64,000 bases of DNA from an uncultured Bacteriovoracaceae bacterium. Its GTDB lineage: Bacteria > Bdellovibrionota > UBA2394. The DNA is taken from positions 2,227 through 66,226 of the forward strand of contig CAZVFP010000006.1 in assembly GCA_964626465.1 (NCBI GenBank), read 5' to 3'. A model generated the notes under the pieces. That model was not told the DNA's origin. It worked only from the letters and a program-made list of their open reading frames with translations, and ran no database searches. The translations under genes were made by a program, and so were the position numbers. Positions 8,714 through 17,184 of the stretch are shown in pieces. Numbering within the stretch: position 1 is the first letter of the stretch; each line of letters begins with the position of its first letter.

Positions 8714-10154
8714 GCCTTTCAAAAGAATCTTTTGTTGGATTAACTTATCAGGCGCCCTTGTTATAAGCGCCGCTGGATGTTCACTGTTGGATAGAGGAAT
8801 GCCAGAAAAACAGGTCATAAATCAAGTTTCGAAAGCTGAGGTCTCCATGGAAAAATCAATCGAATCGTATAAGCTTCCAAATGGGCTCACTGTCTTTCTT
8901 ATTCAAAAGAAAGCTATCCCCATGGCAACAGTTCTCATCGCCGTAAGAAACGGCTCTTTTGCCGAAAATAAGGAAAATAATGGATTGGCGCATCTCTATG
9001 AACATATGTTCTTTAAGGCCAACGAAAAAGTTCCGTCGCAGCCGGACTTTTTCAAAAAACTCGACGAAATGGGCATCGAGCTCGGGCCAAATATGAACGC
9101 CTATACATCAACCGAGTCCGTCCGATATTTCTTCACGCTTCAGTCTCAATACCTGCAGGATGGCCTGCAATTTATGTCTGATGCCCTCATGACCCCAAAA
9201 TTCTTAGAAGATGAACTCGAAAAAGAGCGCCATGTTGTCATTGGGGAATTCGATCGGTACGAAGCCTCGCCAAACGATGTATTTTTTCAACGCGGGGTCA
9301 TGAGTCGACTCTTTAAACAAGAGTTTGTCAGAAAAAATGTTATCGGCACCAGGGAAGTCATTTTGAAAGCATCACAATCTCAAATGCATGAGATACAGCA
9401 CCGCTATTATATACCTAACAACTCTTCGCTTTTTATTGTGGGCGACTTTGACGAATTGAAAACGCGTGAATGGATTCAAAATAGTTTTTCGAATTGGACT
9501 GCTGGAACAAATCCTTTCGAAAAATATCCAGTGCCCGAGCATCCTTCTCTGACAGCAAGTGAGTCATTTGTCGACGAAGCTCCTGTCAGAACAGTTCAAA
9601 TCGTCAAAGCTTTTCACGGTCCAAAACTAACGATCAACGACCGAGAGCTATTGGCGCTCGATTTGGTGTCGTCGATTCTTGGATTCCAATCATCACCATT
9701 TCAAAAGGAATTAGTAGAGTCTGGCATTTCGTCACATGCGGCTTTTTTTTCCTGGGCACAAAGGTATACATCACCCATCGTTTTCACGCTCGAAACCACG
9801 ACTGAGAATGCACAAAAAGCGACTGACAAACTCAATGACCTCATTAATCGCATTCAGACACCTGGATTCTTTACTGAAGCTGACCTGAAGGTAGCCAAAG
9901 ATTCAATCGAGGTGACATCAGCATACGACAGAGAAAGTGGGCAGCGTTATGCTCTGTCATTGGCCAACGTTTGGACGAGCACTGGATCGATTGACTACTA
10001 CTTGTCATATGTTGATCAAGTGAAACTGATCACGATCGCAGACATTGAAAATGCACTTCGTAAATATCTAACTCAACCCTCAATTTCAGGGGCGCTTGTG
10101 CCGAAGGGGTTTAAAGCTTTGAAGCTTGAAACAAAAACATCTGCGAAAAATTAA
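8712..10154 (+). CDS. M16 family zinc peptidase (active subunit), probable lipoprotein
   Basis: HLYEHMFF is the inverted zincin motif HxxEH. The ORF is open from 8682, but Met11 gives a lipoprotein signal (MPFKRIFCWINLSGALVISAAGC). Alternative starts at 8799 and 8847. Confidence 0.8.
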   Translation: MPFKRIFCWINLSGALVISAAGCSLLDRGMPEKQVINQVSKAEVSMEKSIESYKLPNGLTVFLIQKKAIPMATVLIAVRNGSFAENKENNGLAHLYEHMFFKANEKVPSQPDFFKKLDEMGIELGPNMNAYTSTESVRYFFTLQSQYLQDGLQFMSDALMTPKFLEDELEKERHVVIGEFDRYEASPNDVFFQRGVMSRLFKQEFVRKNVIGTREVILKASQSQMHEIQHRYYIPNNSSLFIVGDFDELKTREWIQNSFSNWTAGTNPFEKYPVPEHPSLTASESFVDEAPVRTVQIVKAFHGPKLTINDRELLALDLVSSILGFQSSPFQKELVESGISSHAAFFSWAQRYTSPIVFTLETTTENAQKATDKLNDLINRIQTPGFFTEADLKVAKDSIEVTSAYDRESGQRYALSLANVWTSTGSIDYYLSYVDQVKLITIADIENALRKYLTQPSISGALVPKGFKALKLETKTSAKN

Positions 10155-10155
10155 G

Positions 10156-11475
10156 ATGAAACCGATCAACGTTTTTTTATTTATTTTTCTTGCGATCAAC
10201 ATCTGTTGCTTTCGCGCCGAAAGGATTTTCTCTATGGATTTAAGTGATGTTCATTCTTTTACAGTGGCTTCGATCCCCGTCGTGCTACGATCGACGAAAT
10301 CTTTTGATCAAATTGTGGCTTTTGAAATTGCCGCGCGCGGCGCAGTAACGATTCCGAAAAAGGCAGGCGCGATGGACCTGCTGCTCGCTGTCGTTTCCGA
10401 CGGAACAAAATCCTATACCAAAGAAGACATCGATCGAATCTTCATCCAAAGTGGTGCGATTCATAGCATGGATGCAAAGAGCGACTACGTCGACGTCTCT
10501 CTTAAAGTTCTCAAGAAATACATTCCGACGATCTTGCCCATTTTTTCAGAAATGATTCGAGTGCCGAATCTTGATCCCAAGGAAATTGACATATCAAGAA
10601 TGCAAATGGTGTCAGCACTCGAAAATGAGCAAGTCGAGCCAGACCAAATTTTGCAGTTTCTCTCTGGAAAAGCATTTTTTGCGGATCACCCATACGCGAT
10701 GCGACCCAGCGGATATCTCGAAACCCTGCCGAAGATCACGCGTGACGATCTCGTGAGCCTTCTTCCAGAAATTTTTAACCGACAAAACCTCGTGATATCC
10801 ATCGTCGGAGACCTCTCGGAATCGGAAGCCAAAGAACTCGTTCAAACCTACTTTGGAAATTTGCCTGAAGGGAAACCCGCTCCCCGAGTAGAAAAAAATA
10901 TTGCAGCGAAACCAAACGCTTTGGCTTACCAAAAGGTCGAAGCCCCAACAAATTATTTTATGGCGCGATTTAAAGCTCCGTCGCTGATGCATCCTGACTA
11001 TCCAGCATTGAATCTGGTTTCGCAAATTCTGGACAATCGACTATTTGAAGAGGTGAGAACAAAACGCGGACTCACCTATTCGGTACACTGTGGATTAGGT
11101 AATTCGGCAATCAACAGTGGGTATCTTTATCTGACCTCAACGAAACTCGAAGAAGCTTTGCCCGTCATATTTGATGAAATAAAAAAAATTAAAACAGAGG
11201 AAATAGATGCAGGGCACTTAGAATTACAGGTGCGAAAATTCACATCATCTTGGTATATGAGCCGAGAACAAAGCAGCTCACAAGCGAGCATATTTTCACT
11301 TTACGAAATTCTAGGCAACGGCTGGAAGGATTCGAATACATTCATTGAACGACTGAAAAAAGTAAAACCAAAGGATCTCAACGAAGTCGCTCAAAAATAT
11401 TTCAAAGACTATACAATGACCCTCGTGGGCCCGAACACATTGGATGAAAAGAAGCTTAGCGCTCTATTGAAATAG
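10156..11475 (+). CDS. M16 family peptidase-like protein (non-catalytic partner, no HxxEH)
   Basis: M16 fold by length and context. Lacks HxxEH. ATG at 10156 sits 1 nt after the upstream stop. Signal peptide MKPINVFLFIFLAINICCF. The paired M16B arrangement is typical. Confidence 0.7.
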   Translation: MKPINVFLFIFLAINICCFRAERIFSMDLSDVHSFTVASIPVVLRSTKSFDQIVAFEIAARGAVTIPKKAGAMDLLLAVVSDGTKSYTKEDIDRIFIQSGAIHSMDAKSDYVDVSLKVLKKYIPTILPIFSEMIRVPNLDPKEIDISRMQMVSALENEQVEPDQILQFLSGKAFFADHPYAMRPSGYLETLPKITRDDLVSLLPEIFNRQNLVISIVGDLSESEAKELVQTYFGNLPEGKPAPRVEKNIAAKPNALAYQKVEAPTNYFMARFKAPSLMHPDYPALNLVSQILDNRLFEEVRTKRGLTYSVHCGLGNSAINSGYLYLTSTKLEEALPVIFDEIKKIKTEEIDAGHLELQVRKFTSSWYMSREQSSSQASIFSLYEILGNGWKDSNTFIERLKKVKPKDLNEVAQKYFKDYTMTLVGPNTLDEKKLSALLK

Positions 11476-11476
11476 A

Positions 11477-11755
11477 CTTATCTAGTACCTCGTCCAATAA
11501 ATCTTTCCGCGTCCTGCGGAGAGGCATTTTTGTTGAGACAAGGCGGAGGGATGGCGCCAGGTTGGACACCTGCGACATCCCGACAACGATGTGTCAGCAA
11601 AAATGCCTTCCGCCCTCTGGGAATTCAGTATTTGCCCTGACTCTTCGTTGCTCGTCATCACATATGTCCAATATGTATCCTCCTCGACGCCTCGATTCAG
11701 GGCAAATACTGAATTCAGGATCGGGAAAGATTTATTGGACGAGGTACTAGATCAG
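11477..11755. repeat. nested inverted-repeat element (MITE-like or structured RNA)
   Basis: Outer arms 11480-11508 and 11724-11752 are 29/29 complementary, or 32 nt with one mismatch over 11477-11755. Inner arms 11621-11640 and 11697-11716 are 20/20 complementary. The tip hairpin is ACATAT/ATATGT. The left arm holds an extra 10-bp stem, GGCATTTTTG/CAAAAATGCC. Confidence 0.6.
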
Positions 11756-12689
11756 AAATATCTGACGAAATGAGAATTTGCTGTGGATGACGTCGCTCGC
11801 CATCATTGCAACCACTACATATTCGATATTGTGGCCCGCGACTCACAAGTGGGGTCTTCAATTGTGCAATTTGAAAAAAGTCATGGGTAGAAACATGCCC
11901 GATTTTGTTTTCAGCATGCAAATCATGGCAACAAGACAAGATATGCCCGTCCCAAGCGATAAAATTGTGTCGAGCAATAATTCCACAAAATGATCCCTGC
12001 TCTATACCGAAACGTCTCGTCAATGAGTGATCTGACAAAAACCCACCGCGATTGTGACATCGGCTAATGCCAGCAATAGGAATAGATCGCTCTGCCCAAA
12101 AACGAATCACGTCCGCCTCAGTAAATTCTGCATTATCCGGAATTGTCGCGTTGATCTGTACCCGTCCGGGCAAAGCACTGTTCGCTTGGAGAATATTTTC
12201 CATGACTCGATCCCAATCGATCTTCATCGTTTTGGAATAAGTCTCTTTACTCACACCGGGAACGCTGACCAGAATCACCGTGATATCTGCAGCCTTCAAC
12301 GATTGAATCATTTTCTCTCTGAGGAGAAGGCCATTCGTCACGATACTCACACGAATTCCAATCTCTTGCCGAATCGCCTTCACCCAATCTGTGCACTTCC
12401 TGTGCATCAGAGACTCGCCCATTCCGCACATGATTACACGAAGAGGAGATTCACTGCCGATTCCCAACCTGGTTCGTGCTTTTTCAGCAGGCAAACCAAC
12501 TTCTCGCCCTTCCAAAAATTTTGAGTAGACCTTGAGATGCGACAAAAAATGAGCGAAATCTTGATCCGACATGAAACTCTCACCTCGCTTCATCTCGTGC
12601 CGCGGACAAAATGCACACACTGTATTGCAACGACCGCTGAGTTCCAGATCAAAGATATAGGGCAGAACGATTGGAGAGTTTAGGCTCAC
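11715..12689 (-). CDS. radical SAM enzyme with C-terminal SPASM/twitch-like Cys cluster
   Basis: 324 aa, GTG start. GRCNTVCAFCP is the CxxxCxxC motif. The C-terminal auxiliary-cluster pattern is SFCG...WDGHILSCCHD...RICSGCNDG. The last ~12 codons lie inside the inverted-repeat element. Confidence 0.8.
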   Translation of the reverse strand: MSLNSPIVLPYIFDLELSGRCNTVCAFCPRHEMKRGESFMSDQDFAHFLSHLKVYSKFLEGREVGLPAEKARTRLGIGSESPLRVIMCGMGESLMHRKCTDWVKAIRQEIGIRVSIVTNGLLLREKMIQSLKAADITVILVSVPGVSKETYSKTMKIDWDRVMENILQANSALPGRVQINATIPDNAEFTEADVIRFWAERSIPIAGISRCHNRGGFLSDHSLTRRFGIEQGSFCGIIARHNFIAWDGHILSCCHDLHAENKIGHVSTHDFFQIAQLKTPLVSRGPQYRICSGCNDGERRHPQQILISSDISDLVPRPINLSRS

Positions 12690-12761
12690 TCAATCCAGTT
12701 TACCGGACGAAAGAAACGAATCACATGGGGGGCAGATTCAGTTCGAAATGCCGCCATGCCC

Positions 12762-12804
12762 AAAAAATAAGAAGGCTGAGAGATCCCCGCTTCTCTCAGC
12801 CTTC
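12762..12804 (-). terminator. intrinsic terminator inside the leader upstream of the radical SAM gene
   Basis: On the minus strand: a 12-bp stem GAAGGCTGAGAG/CTCTCAGCCTTC, a 10-nt loop, then TTATTTTTT. Lies about 280 nt downstream of the guaA stop and 73 nt upstream of the radical SAM GTG. Confidence 0.7.
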
Positions 12805-13085
12805 CTAGTAAATCAGGTTCCCACAGGAACCGTTATAAACTGCCTTTCGGCTTACTCGACTCATCGGACTCAGAGATCCCCCTCCACTGCTGAGCTCGAA
12901 TCGTCCCCTTACTTTTTCCCTTAACCTTCTAACAAACCCTATGATTCAACTCTGAAGAAGTCGTCGCATAACGTCAATGTAAATATTACACGGTTGTCAT
13001 TTTTTTCTTATGTAAGGATTACATCGAATGAAAGGATGCAGGCCGTGTCACCAAATTCGATTTATGGCGATGTCCGCCAGAATGA

Positions 13086-14612
13086 CTATTCCCACTCGAT
13101 GGTAGCTGGTGGCTTCGACGAAATATCATACACTACGCGATTGATTCCCTTCACGCGTGCAATAATTCGACTCGAAATGATCTGAACCAAATCCCATGGC
13201 AGGGCAGCTATATTGGCAGTCATTCCATCTTCGGATTCCACACAGCGAACAACAATTGTATTTTCATAAGTTCGCTGGTCTCCCATGACCCCAACCGATT
13301 GAATCGGAAGGAACACACAAAAACTTTGCCAAAGGCGTTCATACCATCCGAACTCTCGAAGGGCTTGCTGCAGAATATCATCAGCCTCCTTGAGAACGGT
13401 CAGTCTTTCTTCCATCACCTCGCCCATGATCCGAATCGCCAAACCCGGCCCTGGAAAGGGATGTCGCCACACAAATTCATGCGGTAATCCTAAAAATTCA
13501 CCAATACGTCGAACTTCATCTTTGAAAAGGTCGCGAAGCGGTTCAACTAACTCAAAAGGCAGATGCTCCGGCAAACCTCCAACATTATGATGGCTCTTGA
13601 TCACGGAAGACGGGCCTCCATGAAAGCTCTGGCTCTCAATAACGTCTGGATACAGAGTTCCCTGAGCGAGATATCGAATGTCTTTCATTTTCTTGCTCTC
13701 ACGTTCAAAGATTTCAATAAAAACTCTGCCAATGATTTTTCTCTTCTTCTCAGGTTCGATCACACCCTTCAATTCAGAGAGAAACTCAGAACTTGCATCT
13801 ACTGTAGAAATTGGAAAATTAAATTTTTCAGCGAACAATGCGGTCAACTTCTTCAGCTCGTCTTTGCGAAGAAGCCCAGTATCGACACAAAGACAATCAA
13901 CACGGTTCGGAAAAAGTTTATGTAGTAAAACCGCAACGACTGCAGAATCAACGCCGCCACTTAACGCGCACAAAACTCTGCCTTCTTTTAACTGCAATTT
14001 TAACTTGTTGCCGATTGATTCAACAATCGTGTCAGACTTCCAATCAAAACGAAAACGACACGCGACCAAGAATCTTCTCAAAATTTCGAGGCCTCTCTCG
14101 GTATGATGAACCTCGGGATGAAATTGAAGTCCGTAGAGCGCACGGTTACGATGTTCGACCGCAGCAATGACTCCGTTATTTGTTCTCGCTACCTCTTTGA
14201 AGCAATCGGGCAATTGCTCGGCGTGATCTCCATGACTCATTAAAACTTTGCGGGTTTCCGATTTATCGAAAAGACGGCCTTCAGAAACTAGCACGGTCTC
14301 GACACCATATTCTCGAGTCTTGCCGCTGAGGATTTTACCTCCGAATGACTGAACCATCCACTGCATGCCGTAACAGATTCCGAGAACAGGCACATGAACA
14401 TCATCAAGTGAAAATGAAAGATGAGGAGCTCCGACGTCCGAAACACTCGAAGGCCCTCCCGACAAAATCAGTCCCATCGGTTTCTTCGCTGCCAATGTCG
14501 CCAAATCAATGGATGGAGGATAGATTTCTGACAGAACTCCAATCTCTCGCAATTTGCGCGCGATCAGCTGCGTATACTGACTTCCGAAATCAATAATGAG
14601 ACAAAGTTCCAT
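13086..14612 (-). CDS. guaA: GMP synthase (glutamine-hydrolysing)
   Basis: GATase-1 motifs (GICYGMQ, HPE), the ATP-PPase P-loop SGGVDS, and a C-terminal PPATIEWE. The ORF is open to 14684, but MELCLIIDFGSQYTQL at 14612 is the canonical N-terminus. Confidence 0.92.
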   Translation of the reverse strand: MELCLIIDFGSQYTQLIARKLREIGVLSEIYPPSIDLATLAAKKPMGLILSGGPSSVSDVGAPHLSFSLDDVHVPVLGICYGMQWMVQSFGGKILSGKTREYGVETVLVSEGRLFDKSETRKVLMSHGDHAEQLPDCFKEVARTNNGVIAAVEHRNRALYGLQFHPEVHHTERGLEILRRFLVACRFRFDWKSDTIVESIGNKLKLQLKEGRVLCALSGGVDSAVVAVLLHKLFPNRVDCLCVDTGLLRKDELKKLTALFAEKFNFPISTVDASSEFLSELKGVIEPEKKRKIIGRVFIEIFERESKKMKDIRYLAQGTLYPDVIESQSFHGGPSSVIKSHHNVGGLPEHLPFELVEPLRDLFKDEVRRIGEFLGLPHEFVWRHPFPGPGLAIRIMGEVMEERLTVLKEADDILQQALREFGWYERLWQSFCVFLPIQSVGVMGDQRTYENTIVVRCVESEDGMTANIAALPWDLVQIISSRIIARVKGINRVVYDISSKPPATIEWE

Positions 14613-14631
14613 CGGTATAACTCCTAGTGTA

Positions 14632-16113
14632 CTAAGACAATTGGTAGTTCGGAGCTTCCTTCGTGATGAAGACATCGTGCACATGAGATTCCTTCAGACC
14701 ATTTGAAGTAATGCGCGTGAATTTTGCTCGTTTTGTCAGACTCGAAATATCCTTCGCCCCGACATATCCCATTCCTGCACGAAGACCTCCCATCAGTTGG
14801 TAGATCACGCCTGAAACAGAGCCTCGATAGGGCACTCGGCCAACGATTCCCTCAGGCACTAGTTTCGCTAAATCTTCGTTCGGCTTGGTATGATCCTGAA
14901 AATAACGATCGCGAGATCCGGCCTTCATTGCTTCCAGGCTTCCCATGCCACGATGCTCTTTATAGGATCGTCCTTGATACAAAATAGCTTCGCCAGGGCT
15001 TTCATCAGTACCCGCAAGAAGAGAGCCCACCATGACAGCGCTCGCTCCGGCAGCCAACGCTTTCACGATATCGCCTGAATATTTAATTCCACCATCTGAA
15101 ATCAGGGGAATATTTCCAGCAACTGCAGCGCACTCAAGAATTGCAGAGAGTTGTGGAACTCCTACTCCAGAAACAACGCGAGTTGTGCAGATACTGCCTG
15201 GACCAATCCCGATCTTCACTCCATCAGCACCGAGATCAATTAAAGCCTTCGTTGCCTCTGCGGTTGCCACATTTCCAGCAACGACCGGGATCTTCACAGA
15301 TTTCTTCACTCGCTTTAAAGTCTCCATGACTCTTGCTGAATGCCCATGTGCTGTATCCAAAAACAAAATATCCACTCCAGCGTCGACAAGTTTCTCTAAA
15401 CGCTCTTCCCATTCCGGACCCGTGCCCAATGCAGCACCCACCCGTAAACTTCCTCGAGCGTCTTTCGATGCTCCAGGGTACTGAGCTGTCTTTTGGATAT
15501 CCTTAATCGTGATCAGCCCTTTGAGGTCACCATTTTTTCCTACAACCAATAACTTCTCGATGCGATGACGCTGCAAGAGTTCTTTGCATGTTTCAGTATC
15601 CGCGCCCTCAGTGACCGTCACGAGCTCCGTCGTCATCTGACTCGAAACAGGCTGAGTGAGGTCTCTGACGAATCGTAAATCTCTATTGGTCAAAATACCC
15701 ACGCATCTCGCAGTCTCGACGACGGGGAGCCCCGAAATTCGGTGATCCTCCATCAGTGCTTTCGCTCGCTGAAGACTTTCTTTTGGACCAATCGTGATCG
15801 GATTCACAATCATGCCACTCTCAAATTTCTTTACCCGCCGAACTTGAGCAGCCTGCTCAATTGGACTCATGTTACGATGAATCACTCCAAGTCCGCCCTC
15901 CTGAGCGACTCGAATAGCCATATCCGATTCTGTGACAGTATCCATCGCAGCAGAAATCAGCGGAATATTAATTCCAATGTCCTTCGTCACATGCGTTTTC
16001 AATTCGACCTCGTGTGGCAACACATGACTTTCCTGAGGAAGTAGGAGGACATCATCGAACGTAAAAGATTCTGCGATGGGTTTCATCTCGACACTATAGC
16101 CGATGAGCTCCAT
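14632..16113 (-). CDS. guaB: IMP dehydrogenase
   Basis: Motifs TFDDVLLLP, tandem CBS region, catalytic loop GIGPGSICTTR, and GGIKYSGD. The ORF is open to 16410, but that N-terminal extension is not IMPDH-like. Start is at 16113 (MELIG) or 16086 (MKPIAESFTFDDV). Confidence 0.92.
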   Translation of the reverse strand: MELIGYSVEMKPIAESFTFDDVLLLPQESHVLPHEVELKTHVTKDIGINIPLISAAMDTVTESDMAIRVAQEGGLGVIHRNMSPIEQAAQVRRVKKFESGMIVNPITIGPKESLQRAKALMEDHRISGLPVVETARCVGILTNRDLRFVRDLTQPVSSQMTTELVTVTEGADTETCKELLQRHRIEKLLVVGKNGDLKGLITIKDIQKTAQYPGASKDARGSLRVGAALGTGPEWEERLEKLVDAGVDILFLDTAHGHSARVMETLKRVKKSVKIPVVAGNVATAEATKALIDLGADGVKIGIGPGSICTTRVVSGVGVPQLSAILECAAVAGNIPLISDGGIKYSGDIVKALAAGASAVMVGSLLAGTDESPGEAILYQGRSYKEHRGMGSLEAMKAGSRDRYFQDHTKPNEDLAKLVPEGIVGRVPYRGSVSGVIYQLMGGLRAGMGYVGAKDISSLTKRAKFTRITSNGLKESHVHDVFITKEAPNYQLS

Positions 16114-16218
16114 TTTATGGCGCGAAAAATCTGCCAAAATAATCAAGGAGATCAAGCTCTTGTTGCACAGCCTAAGGCAAAGCGATAGTTTATAAACTAA
16201 GAGTGGGACGGGAGGCTC

Positions 16219-17184
16219 ATGAAAATCATGGTGTGGCTTTTTTTGGCCAAAGCCGCAGAATTGAATCTTGAGGTAACAAAAGCACCCGAGGTTCTCGATC
16301 TTGAAAAAGTAAAATCGTGGGTGAATGGATCCGTTTGGTGCCTGCTGGTACTGAATATCGCCTCGCTTCTGTTTTATCTTGGAGCGCTTCTGTATCCCAC
16401 GCTTCAGCAATCACTGGCCCGAACTTCGAACTGGTTGAAAGCGAGACGAGAGAAGCAGATCAGCATCGGACAAACCCACTCCCATGCAGAAATCCCAAAA
16501 ACCCCTGCTGTGGTTAACGGAAACCCTTCAGCAGCGAATATTCAAAGCGCAGAGAATGCAACAAAAGTGACCGAGCCGACCGGGTCAGGGCCAAATATTT
16601 CGGAAGCTCAGCTGAGCACGCCTGCGAATCCCGCGGCGACACCAGCAGCCGAAGCTTCAGCGTCACAAATAACAGAAAGTGAAGTCGCCTCTGTTTTGGA
16701 TATCCCGACAGAAGTAACTCAAACATTCGATATTCCCGCGCCGCCCGAACCGATTGCAGAACCGATTGCAGAACCGATCCCTGAGCCAGCGCCTGCAGCT
16801 TCAGAGACTGAGCCCGCCCCACAGGTCACAGAGAGCGCGCCCGTCGAAAATCCTGCGCCTAACCCAACACCGGCATTTGCATCTGAAGTAACGGAGGTTT
16901 TAGAAATCCCTCAAGAGCCATTGCCAGAACCCGCCAATTTTGATGAAAAAGAGATGAAGATGGGAGAACCAGCCACTGAGCAATTACAAACTGACGCCGC
17001 TGCAACGGCATCGGAGAGCCTTGACGCATCCCCATCGCCAGAACTTCCCTCTCTAGACGCAGCTCTTCTCAGTGACAGCCAGTTAGCCGAATCAACCGCG
17101 ACCGAGGAAATTTCTATTTTTGATCCCGCAGTCATCGATCAGGCTCTGCAAGAAGAGCCCACTCCAGAGGAACCCAAACCGTGA
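16219..17184 (+). CDS. hypothetical membrane-anchored acidic Pro/Glu/Ala-rich protein
   Basis: 321 aa. GGGAGG 3-4 nt upstream of the ATG. One TM helix (SVWCLLVLNIASLLFYLGALLY), then low-complexity acidic sequence with PEPIAEPIAEPIPEPAPA repeats. GTGA overlap with the next gene. Confidence 0.55.
   Translation: MKIMVWLFLAKAAELNLEVTKAPEVLDLEKVKSWVNGSVWCLLVLNIASLLFYLGALLYPTLQQSLARTSNWLKARREKQISIGQTHSHAEIPKTPAVVNGNPSAANIQSAENATKVTEPTGSGPNISEAQLSTPANPAATPAAEASASQITESEVASVLDIPTEVTQTFDIPAPPEPIAEPIAEPIPEPAPAASETEPAPQVTESAPVENPAPNPTPAFASEVTEVLEIPQEPLPEPANFDEKEMKMGEPATEQLQTDAAATASESLDASPSPELPSLDAALLSDSQLAESTATEEISIFDPAVIDQALQEEPTPEEPKP
16747..16782 (+). repeat. 12-nt tandem repeat (x3, third copy diverged) inside a coding region
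   Basis: GAACCGATTGCA GAACCGATTGCA GAACCGATCCCT, encoding EPIA-EPIA-EPIP. Confidence 0.85.

Noticed and set aside
11477-11755. Retron msr/msd interpretation of the nested inverted repeat (terminal a1/a2 repeats plus a long internal hairpin).
   Set aside because: No reverse transcriptase gene lies adjacent, or anywhere in the window, and both flanks are ordinary convergent genes. The 29-bp perfect terminal arms are longer than typical a1/a2 repeats.
11562-11773. Plus-strand 62-aa and 60-aa ORFs inside the inverted-repeat element.
   Set aside because: They lie entirely within palindromic sequence and have no RBS. One ends in the same ...GKIYWTRY as the minus-strand ORF purely because of the repeat symmetry. 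They are most likely non-coding.
12745-12765. GGGCATGGCGGCATTTCG between the leader terminator and the radical SAM start looked sigma-54-like.
   Set aside because: No register gives GG-N10-GC with the flanking consensus bases.
12842-12867. Minus-strand CCGATGAG...GCCGAAAGGC looks like a hammerhead ribozyme core (CUGAUGAG - GCC GAAA GGC).
   Set aside because: The core U is a C (CCGAUGA). There is no GAAAC/GAAA strand after the hairpin, and no stem I/III partners with a cleavable UH site. It is a chance resemblance.
13299-15484. Multiple 60-150-aa ORFs antisense to guaA/guaB. Comparable antisense ORFs lie within plsX, nrdJ, maeB, lnt, ccmF and others.
   Set aside because: These are shadow ORFs on the opposite strand of, or out of frame with, strongly supported genes. 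They have low-complexity or Arg/Ser-rich translations and no RBS.
16114-16410. 99-codon N-terminal extension of the guaB ORF, and similar extensions of guaA (14613-14684), ccmC (58229-58312), gpx (51199-51234), the 55602 ORF and the M50 protease.
   Set aside because: The extensions have no similarity to the respective families. They overlap upstream genes or promoter regions, and canonical N-termini begin at internal Met codons.
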